Made by a program: the position numbers and the translations under genes. A model generated the notes under the pieces. It was given only the letters and a program-made list of their open reading frames with translations. It had not been told where the DNA came from and made no database searches. 64,000 nucleotides of DNA from a virus. Below, in pieces: positions 28,677-39,362 of the stretch (its first letter is position 1; every line of letters starts with the position of its first letter). The stretch is taken from the IMG/VR virus record IMGVR_UViG_3300032087_002755; one strand, written 5' to 3'.

Positions 28677-30024
28677 AGAGTTTGCACGAAAGTGCGTCCC
28701 ATTCATTAAGTCCGAGTATTTTGCCGATACTGATGAAAGAACTGTATTCAATGAAATACATGAATACTTTCAGAAGTATATCAAATCCCCAACTGTAGAA
28801 GCACTTCTCATAAATCTTGAAAACAATTCTTCTCTTAACGAGAGTATTGCAAAAGGTTCAAAAACTATAGTTGATAAGATTGGTAAAGATAAGGAGACCA
28901 CACCAAGTGAGTGGTTAGTGGAAGAAACGGAGAAATGGTGTAAAGATAGAGCAATCTATATTGCAGTCATGGATTCGATTGAAGTCATTGACAAGAAATC
29001 ACAAAGGTCTACTGGTGAAATACCCGAACTATTGAAAGACGCACTTTCCGTGTCCTTTGACACAAACATTGGACATGACGTGTTAGAAGACTCAGATGCA
29101 AGATGGGAATTCTATCATACGGAAGAAGAGAAGATTCCGTTTGACTTAGAATACTTCAACAAGATTACCAAAGGTGGATTACCAAACAAAACACTTAACA
29201 TTGTTCTTGCTGGAACTGGTGTTGGTAAATCATTGTTTATGTGTCACCAAGCTGCTTCATGTCTTATGATGAACAAGAATGTTTTATACATTACACTAGA
29301 AATGTCAGAGGAAAGGATTGCAGAGAGAATAGATGCAAACACTATGAATGTTCCTATGAAAGAATTACCCGACTTGTCTAAGAAAATGTTTGAGAAGAAA
29401 GTTGATAAACTGAAAAACAAAACTAAAGGTAAACTTATAGTCAAAGAATATCCAACTGCAACTGCACATGTAGGACACTTCAGACACCTATTACAAGAAT
29501 TGGATATCAAAAAAGACTTTCAACCCGATATTATATTTGTAGATTATCTGAACATATGTGCTTCACATAGAATCAAGCCAGGAGCTGGTGCAAACTCATA
29601 CACACTAGTAAAGAGTATTGCAGAGGAACTCAGAGGTCTTGCAGTGGAGTTTGACGTTCCATTAGTCAGTGCAACACAAACCACAAGAAGTGGATTTGGT
29701 TCTACAGATATAGGACTTGAAGATACTTCAGAATCCTTTGGATTGCCTGCAACTGCAGACTTAATGTTTGCATTGATTACCAGTGACGAACTAGAAGAAC
29801 TAGACCAACTCGTAGTGAAACAGTTAAAGAACAGATACAATGACCCTACAATCTTCAAAAGATTTGTAATCGGTATTGATAGAAGTAGAATGAAACTCTA
29901 TGATTGTGAACAAGAAGCTCAAGAAGAGTTATTTGAGAATACTGAGAGTTATAATGACGACACTCCAGTGTTTGATAGAGGAAGGAATGATGGTCAAAAA
30001 AGGGACTTTAACGACTTCAAATAA
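28627..30024 (+). CDS. 41: Replicative DNA helicase
   Basis: [31 protein letters not shown]. Confidence 0.95.
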   Translation: METRIEQTILKNLVQNEEFARKCVPFIKSEYFADTDERTVFNEIHEYFQKYIKSPTVEALLINLENNSSLNESIAKGSKTIVDKIGKDKETTPSEWLVEETEKWCKDRAIYIAVMDSIEVIDKKSQRSTGEIPELLKDALSVSFDTNIGHDVLEDSDARWEFYHTEEEKIPFDLEYFNKITKGGLPNKTLNIVLAGTGVGKSLFMCHQAASCLMMNKNVLYITLEMSEERIAERIDANTMNVPMKELPDLSKKMFEKKVDKLKNKTKGKLIVKEYPTATAHVGHFRHLLQELDIKKDFQPDIIFVDYLNICASHRIKPGAGANSYTLVKSIAEELRGLAVEFDVPLVSATQTTRSGFGSTDIGLEDTSESFGLPATADLMFALITSDELEELDQLVVKQLKNRYNDPTIFKRFVIGIDRSRMKLYDCEQEAQEELFENTESYNDDTPVFDRGRNDGQKRDFNDFK

Positions 30025-30071
30025 AAACCCTCTTTACAGACCACCTAAATAATGTTATACTAGATGGTTCT

Positions 30072-30248
30072 ATGAAGAAAGTGATAAAAGGTTCAGAGGT
30101 TATTTCAAGTATAACCGAAAAAATTGAACTCAAAAAACAATTGAGAGATGCACGTGCATCTAAAGATATTAAAGAAATTGATAAGATTTCTAAAAAAATT
30201 GCAAAAATAGAGACAAAACTATCTTCCTCACCCCTTGCAAAATCCTAA
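30072..30248 (+). CDS. Small basic protein (58 aa, not in ORF track)
   Basis: ORF downstream of a TTTACA...TATACT promoter-like site. Confidence 0.45.
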   Translation: MKKVIKGSEVISSITEKIELKKQLRDARASKDIKEIDKISKKIAKIETKLSSSPLAKS

Positions 30249-30293
30249 ATAATAACATAGATTACATACACTATAGTTAATCACGGAGAAGAT

Positions 30294-30731
30294 ATGTCAA
30301 GAGAAACAGCAAAAACCCAATTAGAATCTGATATTGCAGCTTTAAATTCCAATAAAAATTGGTATAAAGGTGTAAGTGGTACTTATTCTGTTGTATCACA
30401 ACCTAATTCAAGTGATTTTGGTGCTGATAAAACAACAGTAAGTTTATCAGATTGGACAGGTACAGGTAGAACTGGTTGGTTAACTGCATGGAAAACTGCA
30501 AATTCTTCAGTAACTAAAGACGATTCACATAGTTTCCCTGCTGATATTGCCGATTACTCACATACAGATTACTTGCAACATTATTTCAGAAGACATGAAG
30601 ATATGGGTTCAGACTATGCTGATGACCATAAAGTCGTAACAGACATAGATGCAAATATCGCTGCACTTCAAACAGACTTAGATGCTATCAATGCATCTAT
30701 AGCTGCTGGTGAAGAAGACCTAGGGTCATAA
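30294..30731 (+). CDS. Hypothetical late protein
   Basis: GGAG SD; CTAAATA upstream. Confidence 0.65.
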   Translation: MSRETAKTQLESDIAALNSNKNWYKGVSGTYSVVSQPNSSDFGADKTTVSLSDWTGTGRTGWLTAWKTANSSVTKDDSHSFPADIADYSHTDYLQHYFRRHEDMGSDYADDHKVVTDIDANIAALQTDLDAINASIAAGEEDLGS

Positions 30732-30781
30732 ATTTCCATAAATAGTAGTAATATCACCAAGATTGTGGTATAATTACTATT

Positions 30782-31981
30782 ATGGGTGCAAAAAATCTAC
30801 ATTTAGAACATTTAGAAGACGAGATTATCAATCAAGGGATTGATGGTGGTCGTGGTGCTATAAACTTCTTACAGGGTCTTAGAGACATGTTGAAGGGTAA
30901 TAGTAATTCAAGTGTTAATATGACAGTCAAATGGGACGGAGCTCCTGCTATCTTTTGTGGTAAACACCCCGAAACCAATCAATTCTTTGTTGCAAAGAAA
31001 TCATTATTCAATAAAGAACCTAAATTCTATACTTCAGAACATGAAATTAAAAACTCAGACCTTTCGGGTCAATTACAAGAAAAGTTTCTAACTTCATTCC
31101 AATGTCTATCTAAACTATCTTGGAATACAATCATGCAAGGTGATTTAATGTATACCAATGATAAGAAAATGCAAAAGATTGACGGACAATCTTTCGTCAC
31201 ATTTCAACCTAATACAATCATGTATGCAGTCAATGTAGAATCAGATTTAGGTAAAAAGATTGCAAACTCTAAAATGGGAATCGTATTTCACACTACCTAT
31301 AGTGGTGGAACTATAGAAGACCTATCTGCAAGTTTTGGTGCAAACATATCCAAACTAGGAAACAGTTCAGACGTGTGGATTGACGATGCAACATACAAAG
31401 ATGTCAGTGGTAAAGGGTCAATGACTGCAAAGGAAACACTTGCACTTACACAAGAACTATCTAAAACAGGTAAAGCCTTTCATGGAATCAAAAGAAAGGA
31501 TTTAGATAAGTTCCAAAAAATACAGGAAGAGATAGGTAGAAAAGGTGCTGGTGCATCATACAAAACATATTGTAATACACTTATCAGAGGTGGTTCATAC
31601 AAACCAACCTATGACGGATACATGAAACACTTTGAGAACTATTGGAGAGACAAAGTAGTTGGTAAAGTCAAAACAGAAAAAACAAAACAGATTAAAACAG
31701 AGATTGGTGAACAACTTTATAACGAACTCAGAAGTTTAAAGAAAATGATAACTAATCTTACTTCATTTATGGGACACTTGGTTGTTGCAAAACAAATGAT
31801 TATAGAATCCCTAAATAGAGTAAAGAGTATCGGAACTTTTAAAAAGACTGCAACAGGTTTCGAGGTAGTTAACCCCGAAGGTTATGTTGCAATTGATAGA
31901 ACAGGTAGTGCAGTTAAACTCGTAGATAGAATGGAATTTGCATTCAATAACTTCACTGCACAAAAAGCGTGGGATAAGTAA
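30782..31981 (+). CDS. DUF6267-like protein with covalent nucleotidyltransferase (RNA-ligase-like) motifs
   Basis: TVKWDG (motif I), QGDLM (III), EGYV (IV), AVKLV (V); CATAAATA at 30737. Confidence 0.65.
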   Translation: MGAKNLHLEHLEDEIINQGIDGGRGAINFLQGLRDMLKGNSNSSVNMTVKWDGAPAIFCGKHPETNQFFVAKKSLFNKEPKFYTSEHEIKNSDLSGQLQEKFLTSFQCLSKLSWNTIMQGDLMYTNDKKMQKIDGQSFVTFQPNTIMYAVNVESDLGKKIANSKMGIVFHTTYSGGTIEDLSASFGANISKLGNSSDVWIDDATYKDVSGKGSMTAKETLALTQELSKTGKAFHGIKRKDLDKFQKIQEEIGRKGAGASYKTYCNTLIRGGSYKPTYDGYMKHFENYWRDKVVGKVKTEKTKQIKTEIGEQLYNELRSLKKMITNLTSFMGHLVVAKQMIIESLNRVKSIGTFKKTATGFEVVNPEGYVAIDRTGSAVKLVDRMEFAFNNFTAQKAWDK

Positions 31982-33264
31982 TGAAATCATTCAGTGCATT
32001 TTTAACAGAAGCTAAAGACAAAGGTGTAGTGTTTACCTTTGGTCGATTCAATCCACCTACAACAGGTCATGCAAAGTTAGTAGACAAACTTAAGAAAGAA
32101 TCAAAAGGTGATGACGTTCTATTATTCACTTCACACTCAAATGACAGGGTTAAAAATCCACTATCACATAAAGACAAAATCAAATACTTAAGAAATTTCT
32201 TTGGAAAGATTGTTCCTGATGCAAATGCAAGAACAGTATTTGAGATTGCAACACAATTACATAATAAAAAATACAAAAGAATAAAAATGGTTGTCGGTTC
32301 AGATAGAATTAGAGAATTTGAAAACCTATTAAACAAATACAACGGAGTGAAAGCACGTCACGGATTCTATAAGTTTGACGAAATCAATATAGTATCTGCT
32401 GGTGAAAGAGACCCCGATTCAGATGATGTCAGTGGAATGTCTGCAAGTAAACTCAGAGGATATGCAGAGAAGGGTGACTTTGATAATTTCAAACAAGGTG
32501 TTCCAACAAAGAACAAAGGATTGATTCAGAAACTTTATAACGATATCCGTAAAGGAATGGGTATTGCAGAAGGAACACTACCACACTACATGGTTGAAGA
32601 TTTAGTTAAAGAAGGAGTCTATGACCCAGGCACCTTTAAAGCAGTTTTCCTAAGTGGTGGGCCAGGCAGTGGTAAATCTGCAGTCGTAAAGAAATTAGCT
32701 TTGACTGCACTTGGTTTAAAAATGGTCAACACTGATAAAGCATTTGAGAACGGACTAAAGAAAGCAGGAATGTCACTTGACCTTAGAGGTGCAGACTTTA
32801 CTAAAGTAGACCCTATCCGTGCAAAAGCAAAAAGTATTACAGGTAAAAATCTAGAATCCTATATCGAAGGAAGACTAGGTCTTATCTTTGACACTACAAG
32901 TGCAAAGTCGGGTAAGATTAAGAACTACAAAAAACTGTTAGACACATTAGGATATGAATACAAAATGGTATTTGTTAATGCAAGTCTAGACAATGCACAA
33001 AAAAGAAATGACTTGAGGTCTAGAAAATTACCATCTGAGATTGTAAAACAAGATTGGGACGCTGCACAAAAAAATGCAAAAGAATATAAATCAATCTTTG
33101 GTAAAGACTTTGTAGAGATTAAGAATGATGACGACCTTGCAACACTAGATAAAAAAGCAAATTCACTATACAGTAAACTGTTAGGTTGGTCTACTTCATT
33201 CCCTAAAAACAAACTTGCATTACAATGGAAGCAACGAGAGTTGGATGCAAAACGAACTAAATAG
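31981..33264 (+). CDS. HIGH-family nucleotidyltransferase fused to P-loop kinase (AAA_33/zeta-like)
   Basis: FGRFNPPTTGH, VVGSDR, MSASKLR; second domain GGPGSGKS, IFDTT; N-terminus MKSFSAFLTE. Confidence 0.8.
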   Translation: MKSFSAFLTEAKDKGVVFTFGRFNPPTTGHAKLVDKLKKESKGDDVLLFTSHSNDRVKNPLSHKDKIKYLRNFFGKIVPDANARTVFEIATQLHNKKYKRIKMVVGSDRIREFENLLNKYNGVKARHGFYKFDEINIVSAGERDPDSDDVSGMSASKLRGYAEKGDFDNFKQGVPTKNKGLIQKLYNDIRKGMGIAEGTLPHYMVEDLVKEGVYDPGTFKAVFLSGGPGSGKSAVVKKLALTALGLKMVNTDKAFENGLKKAGMSLDLRGADFTKVDPIRAKAKSITGKNLESYIEGRLGLIFDTTSAKSGKIKNYKKLLDTLGYEYKMVFVNASLDNAQKRNDLRSRKLPSEIVKQDWDAAQKNAKEYKSIFGKDFVEIKNDDDLATLDKKANSLYSKLLGWSTSFPKNKLALQWKQRELDAKRTK

Positions 33265-33268
33265 TATT

Positions 33269-34603
33269 ATGTTAGAAGAACTTAGAGAAAAATTACGTAA
33301 GACCCAACAAGACAAAGAAGTTGAAGGCAAGAAAGGTTCTCAACCTAAGAAGTATTATGCTAAAGACGCAGACGGAGACGAAATGTCTAAGTCTACAAAA
33401 GATAAACGTGCATCTCACTTTGCTAATAATAAAGATAAAGAAGGTGAAGATGCATTTAAACCAGCACCAGGCGATTCACAAGCTGATACTAAACCTTCAC
33501 AACACACTAAGAAGTATAAGAAAATGTTCGGAGAAGGTGCAGCCGATAAGTCACTTCAAAAGAAAGCAGATAAGAGTGGAATGCCAGTTGGTATTCTAAA
33601 ACAAGTCTACAAACGTGGTGTTGCAGCTTGGAAAGGTGGTCACAGGCCAGGCACTACACCCGAACAGTGGGGACATGCACGCGTCAATTCCTTTGTAACA
33701 AAATCAAAAGGAACATGGGGTGGTGCAGACCAAGACCTTGCAAAGAAAGTACAAGGTAAATCAGAGTCAATCGAAGAAGCAGTTGATATCAAAAAAGCAC
33801 TTAAGAAAGTTAAAGGTCTAACTAAAAAACAATTAGAAGTGTTATCAACAATGAACACTACTCAGATATCAGTTGTTGTCAATCAATTATCTTCACTTGT
33901 CATGGGTGAAGCAATAAAAGAAGGTAAACTTGTAACTGATTGGAGAAGTATTTTAGATTACATATTCAAAAATATCAAAAAAATGATTGAAAAAGAATAT
34001 GAAAAGAATCCCGAAAAAGGTTTAGGAATGATTAATCAGTTGGGTTCATATGTTAAAATGAAAGTCACCGATAAGAAACAAGAGAAGGGAAAACTATTCC
34101 TTAAGTTTGGTGAGGAGTTAGCAGAAGACGCTGCAGTAGACGCTGCAAACCTAAAAGCAAAACAAGTTGAAGAACTTGAGAGATTAAAACAAAGACATGA
34201 AGAAGAGTTAGAAGCACTTACTGATAGACACGAAAGAGAAACCGAGAAGGTTGCAAAACAAAAAGAAAAAGAAACACTAGACAAACAGATTCAATCAAAA
34301 CGTGAAGCAGATAGAAAAGCTGCAGAAAAAACAAACGAAGAAAGAGATTACAAAAAGGAGTATGAGAATTACCACTCAGACCCCGAACAAATTAAAAGAC
34401 GTGCAAAAAGAAATGAAGCACGTAGAAGTCTTAAAGATAGAAAAGACATTAAAGGAAAAGACGTACACCATAAGGATAACAATCCTATGAACAATGACAA
34501 GTCTAATCTATCAATTGTATCTCAAAAATACAACAGAACAGAACCAAGACTTAGAAAACTTAAAGAAAAGGGGTGTTTACCAAATGCCAAAAAACGGAAA
34601 TAA
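33269..34603 (+). CDS. Multi-domain late protein with C-terminal HNH motif
   Basis: YKRGVAAWKGGHRPG..QWGHARVNSF domain; KDVHHKDNNPMNN..NL..YNR; CTAAATA at 33257. Confidence 0.7.
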   Translation: MLEELREKLRKTQQDKEVEGKKGSQPKKYYAKDADGDEMSKSTKDKRASHFANNKDKEGEDAFKPAPGDSQADTKPSQHTKKYKKMFGEGAADKSLQKKADKSGMPVGILKQVYKRGVAAWKGGHRPGTTPEQWGHARVNSFVTKSKGTWGGADQDLAKKVQGKSESIEEAVDIKKALKKVKGLTKKQLEVLSTMNTTQISVVVNQLSSLVMGEAIKEGKLVTDWRSILDYIFKNIKKMIEKEYEKNPEKGLGMINQLGSYVKMKVTDKKQEKGKLFLKFGEELAEDAAVDAANLKAKQVEELERLKQRHEEELEALTDRHERETEKVAKQKEKETLDKQIQSKREADRKAAEKTNEERDYKKEYENYHSDPEQIKRRAKRNEARRSLKDRKDIKGKDVHHKDNNPMNNDKSNLSIVSQKYNRTEPRLRKLKEKGCLPNAKKRK

Positions 34604-35267
34604 ACACGACAACGGAGTACACGAACTCGGTACAGACGAAACAGTAAAAGCATATCAAGAAGATACGCCTGGTCAAGCAGTAGAAAAATACGTAAAAGAA
34701 AACCAAAAGTCATATCACGATTCAAAGAAAACTTTTTCTCAAATTGCAATCAACGAAACACTTGATACACTCCAACAAGAAAAAACCAATCTACTAGACA
34801 ATCCATTCCGTTTAGGTTCTATGATGTATTTTGAAACGATTAAAGAAGCACGTAGATTAGTTACAGAAGACAGATACAAACTTACCGAAGTAGATAAGAA
34901 CATTTTAGATACAGATATCGGACAGTTTGAAGTATATGAGGGGGAGTTAGTACCATTAGATTGTCCTCAATGGGAACCCATAAACGAAGAAGAAGAACCC
35001 GAACTCAACAAACCAAAAGCAGGTGGCCCTAAGAAATACTATGTATACGTTAGAGACCCACAAACTAAAAAGATTAAAAAAGTCACATGGGGAGACACTA
35101 CAGGTCTCAAAGTGAAACTCGGAAACGAGAAAGCAAGAAAATCCTTCGCTGCACGACATAAGTGTTCACAACAGAAAGATAAAACTACTGCATCATATTG
35201 GGCATGTAGATTACCTTACTATGCAAAACAGTTAGGTCTTTCAGACGGAGGAAATTTTTATTGGTAA
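34584..35267 (+). CDS. Conserved hypothetical protein (basic C-terminal domain)
   Basis: KKYYVYVRDP..KKVTWG..RKSFAARHKC..YWAC. Confidence 0.7.
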   Translation: MPKNGNKHDNGVHELGTDETVKAYQEDTPGQAVEKYVKENQKSYHDSKKTFSQIAINETLDTLQQEKTNLLDNPFRLGSMMYFETIKEARRLVTEDRYKLTEVDKNILDTDIGQFEVYEGELVPLDCPQWEPINEEEEPELNKPKAGGPKKYYVYVRDPQTKKIKKVTWGDTTGLKVKLGNEKARKSFAARHKCSQQKDKTTASYWACRLPYYAKQLGLSDGGNFYW

Positions 35268-35279
35268 TGGAGATACATA

Positions 35280-35537
35280 ATGAAAAAAGAATTATATCAT
35301 ACTTATGCAAAAGACGACAGATATGCTGAAGTCTTTAAGTCAAAAGAAGGTTTTGAAGTAGACCTATACGAAGAGAAAAAACTCTTAGAAACAAGACAAC
35401 TATACAATCATTCAGAATCATATGCAGAAGATTGTGCCGACAATTGGGTTCAAGGTGTGTTTAATATAGAGAAAGAAGGAAGTTTCTATGGTTATAACGA
35501 AAAGTCTGATAACTTCTACCCCGAGATAGATGACTAA
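35280..35537 (+). CDS. Hypothetical protein
   Basis: GGAG SD; HSESYAEDCADNW. Confidence 0.65.
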   Translation: MKKELYHTYAKDDRYAEVFKSKEGFEVDLYEEKKLLETRQLYNHSESYAEDCADNWVQGVFNIEKEGSFYGYNEKSDNFYPEIDD

Positions 35538-35835
35538 CCCTTATAAAGACCAAGTATATACCCAACACGGGACTGAACTGAAATACGTCATTAGAACGTT
35601 TCTAAGGGACGTAGAGGTAGAGGAATTAGTTTGGCATAGGGACGATTCAAACAGAACCGTTCATATATTAGGGGGTGAAGGCTGGAAGTTACAGAAAGAT
35701 GACGAACTACCAGTTGAATTGGAAATAGGGAAAGATTATTACATACTGAAAGACCAGTATCATAGATTATTAAAAGGTGAAGGAGACTTAGTTCTTCGAA
35801 TAGAAAATGTACATTCATTTACAAAACAGGAATAA
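35530..35835 (+). CDS. Cupin-like small protein
   Basis: WHRD...YHRLLKG. Confidence 0.55.
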   Translation: MTNPYKDQVYTQHGTELKYVIRTFLRDVEVEELVWHRDDSNRTVHILGGEGWKLQKDDELPVELEIGKDYYILKDQYHRLLKGEGDLVLRIENVHSFTKQE

Positions 35836-36229
35836 AGAAAAGAAGGATTTGTGTCTTGAATGTGGACTTTGTTGTAATGGAAAGTTATTCAAACAAATGA
35901 TAATTACTCCTGAAGAGAGTAGATATTTTAAGAAAGATAAAACCCTTTTAAAAAGTATAGAGTTAATTGCAACCGATAATGGTAGAAAGTCCGTACATTC
36001 TTACGTAAAACTCCAAGCTTGTGACAATTTAGAGGAAGATAATAAGTGTTCAATCTATGAAAACAGACCACAAGTCTGCAGAGATTTTAAATGTGGAGTG
36101 TTAAAGTCATATGAAAAAGGAAATATGCACTGGAACACTGCACTAAATATTATCGAAGGAGTAAAGAATACACCTTCACGAGCAGGAGATAGGAAGAAAC
36201 TGCTCAATATTATGAACCTAAAGAACTAA
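35807..36229 (+). CDS. YkgJ-family Cys-cluster (Fe-S/Zn) protein
   Basis: CLECGLCC...C..L....CSIYENRPQVCRDFKC. Confidence 0.8.
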   Translation: MYIHLQNRNKEKKDLCLECGLCCNGKLFKQMIITPEESRYFKKDKTLLKSIELIATDNGRKSVHSYVKLQACDNLEEDNKCSIYENRPQVCRDFKCGVLKSYEKGNMHWNTALNIIEGVKNTPSRAGDRKKLLNIMNLKN

Positions 36230-36233
36230 AAAT

Positions 36234-36241
36234 TATAAATA
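36234..36241 (+). promoter_or_regulatory. Late promoter TATAAATA
   Basis: Exact consensus. Confidence 0.75.
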
Positions 36242-36249
36242 ATACTGTT

Positions 36250-36837
36250 ATGAGTTATAAATCAGAAAACTGGAAAGAAAAACTAGAACAAGTCCGTGGA
36301 CACATTGCTTTAAAAGAAGGTAGTGTAGAAAAGACTGCAGACGAAATAATTAACGAAGATATCGAAAACGACCTTTTAACTGGATTCGAAGAAGACGTTA
36401 ATCTTGAAGAAGAGTTAATCTTAGAAGCCTCAATGGGTGATGCAATTAAGAAAGTATTCAAAACCGATAGTGAAACAGAATCACTAGGTATTGCAAAACT
36501 TCTTAGTATGACAGACGTTAAAGTTGCACTCCAAATGCAGAAACAAAATCCAAAAGGATTTAAGAAAACTACATTCGCTATGGGTGCAGATAACAGTCAG
36601 AGAGACATGATTAAGGATAAAGACCTTCAAAGAATGTTTAAGAAAGCTGGTGTCAAACCATTAGACGATGAAGTTCAAGTTCAAGAAGAAAAACCAGTAA
36701 AAGAATCAGTAGAGAAATCTGCAGAAAAACTCGTAGAAAAAAATATGCTTGGTAGACTTGCAAAACAATTACATTTAACAACAGAAGGTAAACAGAAAAT
36801 GTTTGACTACTTCGAAAAAGGGGAATTAGAACAATGA
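36250..36837 (+). CDS. Late protein, probable head-internal protein
   Basis: K/E-rich; multiple (L/I/V)xE sites. Confidence 0.6.
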   Translation: MSYKSENWKEKLEQVRGHIALKEGSVEKTADEIINEDIENDLLTGFEEDVNLEEELILEASMGDAIKKVFKTDSETESLGIAKLLSMTDVKVALQMQKQNPKGFKKTTFAMGADNSQRDMIKDKDLQRMFKKAGVKPLDDEVQVQEEKPVKESVEKSAEKLVEKNMLGRLAKQLHLTTEGKQKMFDYFEKGELEQ

Positions 36838-37157
36838 AACTAACATCAATGGGTCTATCACCCGAATTACTAGAAGCGTCTAGAACGGTTTTACAGAACT
36901 CAAAAGAGTACGAAGATTTCTTTCAAGCAACACTTAAAAAGTTTGGTGTAACTTCACCTGCTGAATTAGATGGAGAAAAGAAAAAAGAATTCTTTGACTA
37001 TATCGATAAGAACTGGAAAGGTGACGATGAGAAGAAAGAAGAAGTAAAAGAAGGAGAACTTCCACCTGCGTTAAAGAAAGCAATCGATAAGAAAAAAGAG
37101 GACGAAGACGAGTCAGACGATGACGATGACGATGACGAAGATAAAGACGAGGACTAG
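36834..37157 (+). CDS. Late acidic protein
   Basis: KKFGVTSPAELD..KKEFF; poly-Asp tail. Confidence 0.65.
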   Translation: MKLTSMGLSPELLEASRTVLQNSKEYEDFFQATLKKFGVTSPAELDGEKKKEFFDYIDKNWKGDDEKKEEVKEGELPPALKKAIDKKKEDEDESDDDDDDDEDKDED

Positions 37158-37159
37158 TC

Positions 37160-38824
37160 ATGAATTTGTTTTACGAGGCAAAAAAGGTATTAGATAAGGA
37201 CGGGAAAGTTAATCCACTCGGCCCTTACGGAAAACAGAAACTTACAGGACGTGAGATTCAAGTCTATTTCAGACGAAACAAAGTTAAAGACAAAATAGTT
37301 AAGAAAGCAGTCGAGGTTGCATTAGACCTTGGTGGTGCAATGGATATTGCAATCAAATCCATTAGAGACTATTATGGGGATAAAGTCCTAAAATCAAAAG
37401 AAGTTCAAACTGCACTTAAATTTGCAAACGAAGAATCATTCAAAGATTCATTCAATATGTTAGACGAAGATTACAAAAAAGTAATCAAAATGTATCCAAG
37501 AGACAGAGATTGGAAAAAACTTATCACAAAACATAAACGTGCAATTGACTCAGTCAGAAAAAACGATGAAGATTTACCTAAAAAAGTAGAAGACGAATTA
37601 CTAACATGGGCTTCACAAGCAGGTGAAGTGGGTAGTAAAGACGATGCAGAAGACTTCATAATGTCAATTATTGACGAAGGAACATTGTCAGAAGGTAAGA
37701 ATCTTATGCCTGATATCCAAAAGATAGTTGACACTAAGGGTGCAGCTAAAGTCGGTGGTATAATGGTTGATATGTTTACTGCTTCAATGATTTCACAAAT
37801 CTATGGTAAAGTAAACGACTCAAACAAAAAGAAAATGGAGAAGTCAAATATCTCTACACTTGTTGACCTTGCACAAAAAATGATGCAGAAAATGGGTGAC
37901 AATATTGCAGAAGAAGTAAACCTACAAGAAGGAACATGGGCAGTCCCCGATTCATATACTAAACTAGTTAAACTCAATAAGTTCTTAAGTAAACCAGCAA
38001 ACTTCAAAGATGCACAATCCGTTCATAGATGGCACGTCCAAGCAGATGCACACTTCGGTGACGATTCATTCTCAGACGATATAGATGCATACAAGACTAC
38101 ACTTAAGGGTGGAGAAAATGATTTCTATGACAGAGGAAGTGTGCATAGTAAAGAATATATTGACCGCATGAAGAAATACAATAAGATTAAAGCTGGAACA
38201 GACTTAAGAGACGTTTTAGAGAAAGAATTAACAGATTGGACTGGTGGTGTTTTGAAATTCAAAAATCACGAGATTGTTCAAATGCCAAGAGATTGGTATA
38301 TGAAAGATAATCCAAATGAAAAAGACGATAAGTCTCCAGTAAAAGCAAAATTAGAGTCAGTAGATTACCATACAAATGTAATCGTTGAAAAGTTCAAAAG
38401 AGGTAAAGGAAGATTGAAGTTTAAGAAATCTCCTCCAATCAAAGTAGAAGGTAATGCAGTATCAAGAGCTCAACAAGCTGCAATTGCAATTGCAAAGAAA
38501 AAGAAAAACGAATCTATTATGGATTCATACAGACAAATGTGGGAATCTGAAACCCTTGAAGAGAAAAAAGAGTTCAAACAGAAAGATATCGATATAGTTG
38601 CAAAACTTACCGATAGAAACGAACACACATTATCACTTATGCATATTGCAAAAGCAGTAGGTGATAGGAAGGCAGGAAAAAAACTAGAATTAATTAGTAA
38701 GATGCATATGGAATACGGTTCTATGACTAAAGACCTTATGAACATGAGAAACGAAATCTATGACAATTTGAAGAAAGAAATGATGAAGTATTCGAATGGT
38801 AAAGACATGTATAATGCAACATAA
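37160..38824 (+). CDS. Large late polyprotein-like protein
   Basis: Modules separated by LDE, LSE, LQE, IVE, LEE sites. Confidence 0.6.
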   Translation: MNLFYEAKKVLDKDGKVNPLGPYGKQKLTGREIQVYFRRNKVKDKIVKKAVEVALDLGGAMDIAIKSIRDYYGDKVLKSKEVQTALKFANEESFKDSFNMLDEDYKKVIKMYPRDRDWKKLITKHKRAIDSVRKNDEDLPKKVEDELLTWASQAGEVGSKDDAEDFIMSIIDEGTLSEGKNLMPDIQKIVDTKGAAKVGGIMVDMFTASMISQIYGKVNDSNKKKMEKSNISTLVDLAQKMMQKMGDNIAEEVNLQEGTWAVPDSYTKLVKLNKFLSKPANFKDAQSVHRWHVQADAHFGDDSFSDDIDAYKTTLKGGENDFYDRGSVHSKEYIDRMKKYNKIKAGTDLRDVLEKELTDWTGGVLKFKNHEIVQMPRDWYMKDNPNEKDDKSPVKAKLESVDYHTNVIVEKFKRGKGRLKFKKSPPIKVEGNAVSRAQQAAIAIAKKKKNESIMDSYRQMWESETLEEKKEFKQKDIDIVAKLTDRNEHTLSLMHIAKAVGDRKAGKKLELISKMHMEYGSMTKDLMNMRNEIYDNLKKEMMKYSNGKDMYNAT

Positions 38825-38825
38825 C

Positions 38826-39362
38826 ATGAAAGATTTATTTAAAACATATCGTGAGATGCACTTACAAGAAGTGCAACAAAAAGAAGTTGATTCACTGAAA
38901 AAACTATCTAAAGATATGCAAGCAGTTCTAAAGGGTTATCAGAAGATTGCTAAAATGGGTGACAAAGAACTTAGGGACATGAAGTATAATAAAGATTACG
39001 AAGCAGTCCTTAAAGCAAGAGATGTAATCGTCTCATTGATTGGTAAAGTAAACACTCAAAAACTTTTAAATAAAGAAGAGACAACAGTAGACTTAGACGA
39101 AAGAATAAATTTTCATGGTAAAAGTCCTGCTGAAAAAAAGAACTCAGAGTTCGATAGAAAATCAGAAATCAATGGTTATAAAAAGATTTTAAAGTCTATT
39201 GAAAAGATTAACAAAGACCACGAGAAGTTTCAATATAACAATCGTGCATACGGCCCATCTAATATATTTAAAGGTCTACAAGAAGTTGAAAAAGCATGTT
39301 ATGACATGATACGAGAAATAGAACAAGGCAAATGGGACGGTAAAGTGGACTTAGACTCATAA
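38826..39362 (+). CDS. Late hypothetical protein
   Basis: Operon member; LQE and LDE sites. Confidence 0.6.
   Translation: MKDLFKTYREMHLQEVQQKEVDSLKKLSKDMQAVLKGYQKIAKMGDKELRDMKYNKDYEAVLKARDVIVSLIGKVNTQKLLNKEETTVDLDERINFHGKSPAEKKNSEFDRKSEINGYKKILKSIEKINKDHEKFQYNNRAYGPSNIFKGLQEVEKACYDMIREIEQGKWDGKVDLDS

Noticed and set aside
37100-37155. GAC/GAT trinucleotide repeat
   Set aside because: Simply encodes a poly-Asp tail
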